From Tubiluchus corallicola (lineage: Eukaryota; Animalia; Priapulida), in assembly GCA_030141605.1 (NCBI GenBank), contig JAQGDQ010000398.1, positions 62,001 through 126,000 of the forward strand: a stretch of DNA of 64,000 nucleotides, given 5' to 3'. Below are positions 62,802 to 64,000 of this stretch, piece after piece (position 1 is the first letter of the stretch; every line of letters starts with the position of its first letter). The notes beneath the pieces are model-generated. The model searched no databases, was not told where the DNA came from, and worked only from the letters and a program-made list of their open reading frames with translations. The position numbers were made by a program, and so were the translations under genes.

Positions 62802-62934
62802 CAATTCATTGTAACCAATAAGTAAACCTAGCTGTTGAGTCCAGATTATGTCGATCATGTTATTAATAACAGTACGTAGTTGGAAAGCCGCTCACTTGAA
62901 AATGATTAAGGAGTTAACCCTAAGGAAAAAACTT
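62802..62934 (+). repeat. 133-bp dispersed direct repeat, copy B
   Basis: Matches 60363-60495. Confidence 0.92.
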
Positions 62935-64000
62935 AAACAGCGACTAGGGGATTTTGACCCCTCCAAACTAACGAGCTCGAAGAGGGTACCCGAAGAGGGT
63001 ACCAAAAATTTTGAAAAGCATGAGAGGAATTACTAAAAAATACACTGAAATTAATGAAATGGAGAGACTGATGATTACTAATAAAATCGTTGTTTATGGC
63101 TGTTTTCACTTAAGAGATCCTTCGATTTTGCAGAGATGATTAAGAATGGAATTTCAAAATCATAAACATTTTAGACATAGACAGACATTTCTTATTTATC
63201 TCCTAATTAACACTAGAATTACAAGATAAACAACAAGTACTATAGTTAATTAACAATTGCGATAAAATATATATAAACGAAAGTGTCAGGGGGTGCAGGA
63301 GAAGGGCAGCGAAGGACCAATTGCTTGTCAAATGCCCAGCAGCCTAAGATAAATGTTTTGAAAAGTATGTAAGTTTGTAAAAAATATATACTTTGCCTAA
63401 AAAATTGTCGTGTTGCACAAAACGCCTATGAAAAAAGAAGAGAATATTTTAGATACTTTATGCGAATGATTTAGTTTGATGTGACTCAGTGTTTTGTGCG
63501 TAACCGTCATTAACTCATGTTTATTGGTTGAAAGTTCGAGTACAAATAAAGTTTTACGTTACTTTTGGCCGTAAATTGCCGAGGCATTCTATGGAATACA
63601 CTTTAACTGTAATGAATAGATCCGTAAATGGCTGAAACACTTGGCGACCGAATGTCACATCTGGGAAGGATAGGTTTTATAATAAAAGAAGTTCCGAGAA
63701 TGCCAAAAACATTAATGTTGAATAAACAAAGTTATTAAACATTGTTGTTTAATGCTTGCCGTGTGCAGAATTTATACAAAAAATTAAATATTTTCATCTC
63801 AATTAAGAGCATTTATAATATACACATTATTTGATAAAAGATGAGACTAGCAGGCTATGTTAGCTGTTAGGCCAGCCTATATTGTGAAATGGCAAATAAA
63901 AAATCTATAAGTCTACGTTGGATAAAATTCACGTTACTTATATTAAAAGCACGATAAAATAAAAGATCCATAAAATACATTCAAGTGTAAATTTATCAAA

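Overview
AT-rich, intron-containing eukaryotic DNA, probably from an invertebrate animal; the species cannot be determined from sequence alone. I reconstructed five host genes by hand from GT-AG boundaries. (1) A two-exon gene the ORF track largely misses (10110-10163 + 13395-14084, +), encoding a 247-aa secreted, Cys-free, Gly/Tyr/Asn/Asp-rich protein. (2, 3) Two tandem, intact 11-exon carboxypeptidase B-like (M14A) paralogs on the minus strand, 407 aa each. Both promoters carry TATA, GATA and a PTF1-like E-box/TC-box. (4) A DUF229 (alkaline phosphatase/sulfatase superfamily) type II membrane protein with a single coding exon. (5) A galactose-3-O-sulfotransferase-like gene whose stem is an 8x54-bp coding minisatellite. 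The rest is transposon debris and repeats: CR1/L2-group LINEs, a Rex1-like LINE, a BEL/Pao pol relic, a solo LTR with a 5-bp TSD, PIF/Harbinger- and piggyBac-like MITEs, a ~290-bp palindrome, microsatellites, and a ~37x36-bp tandem array that is open on both strands and preceded on the minus strand by a signal-peptide-like start. No CRISPR array, rRNA or intact tRNA is supported. Family assignments come from motif recognition, not database searches.
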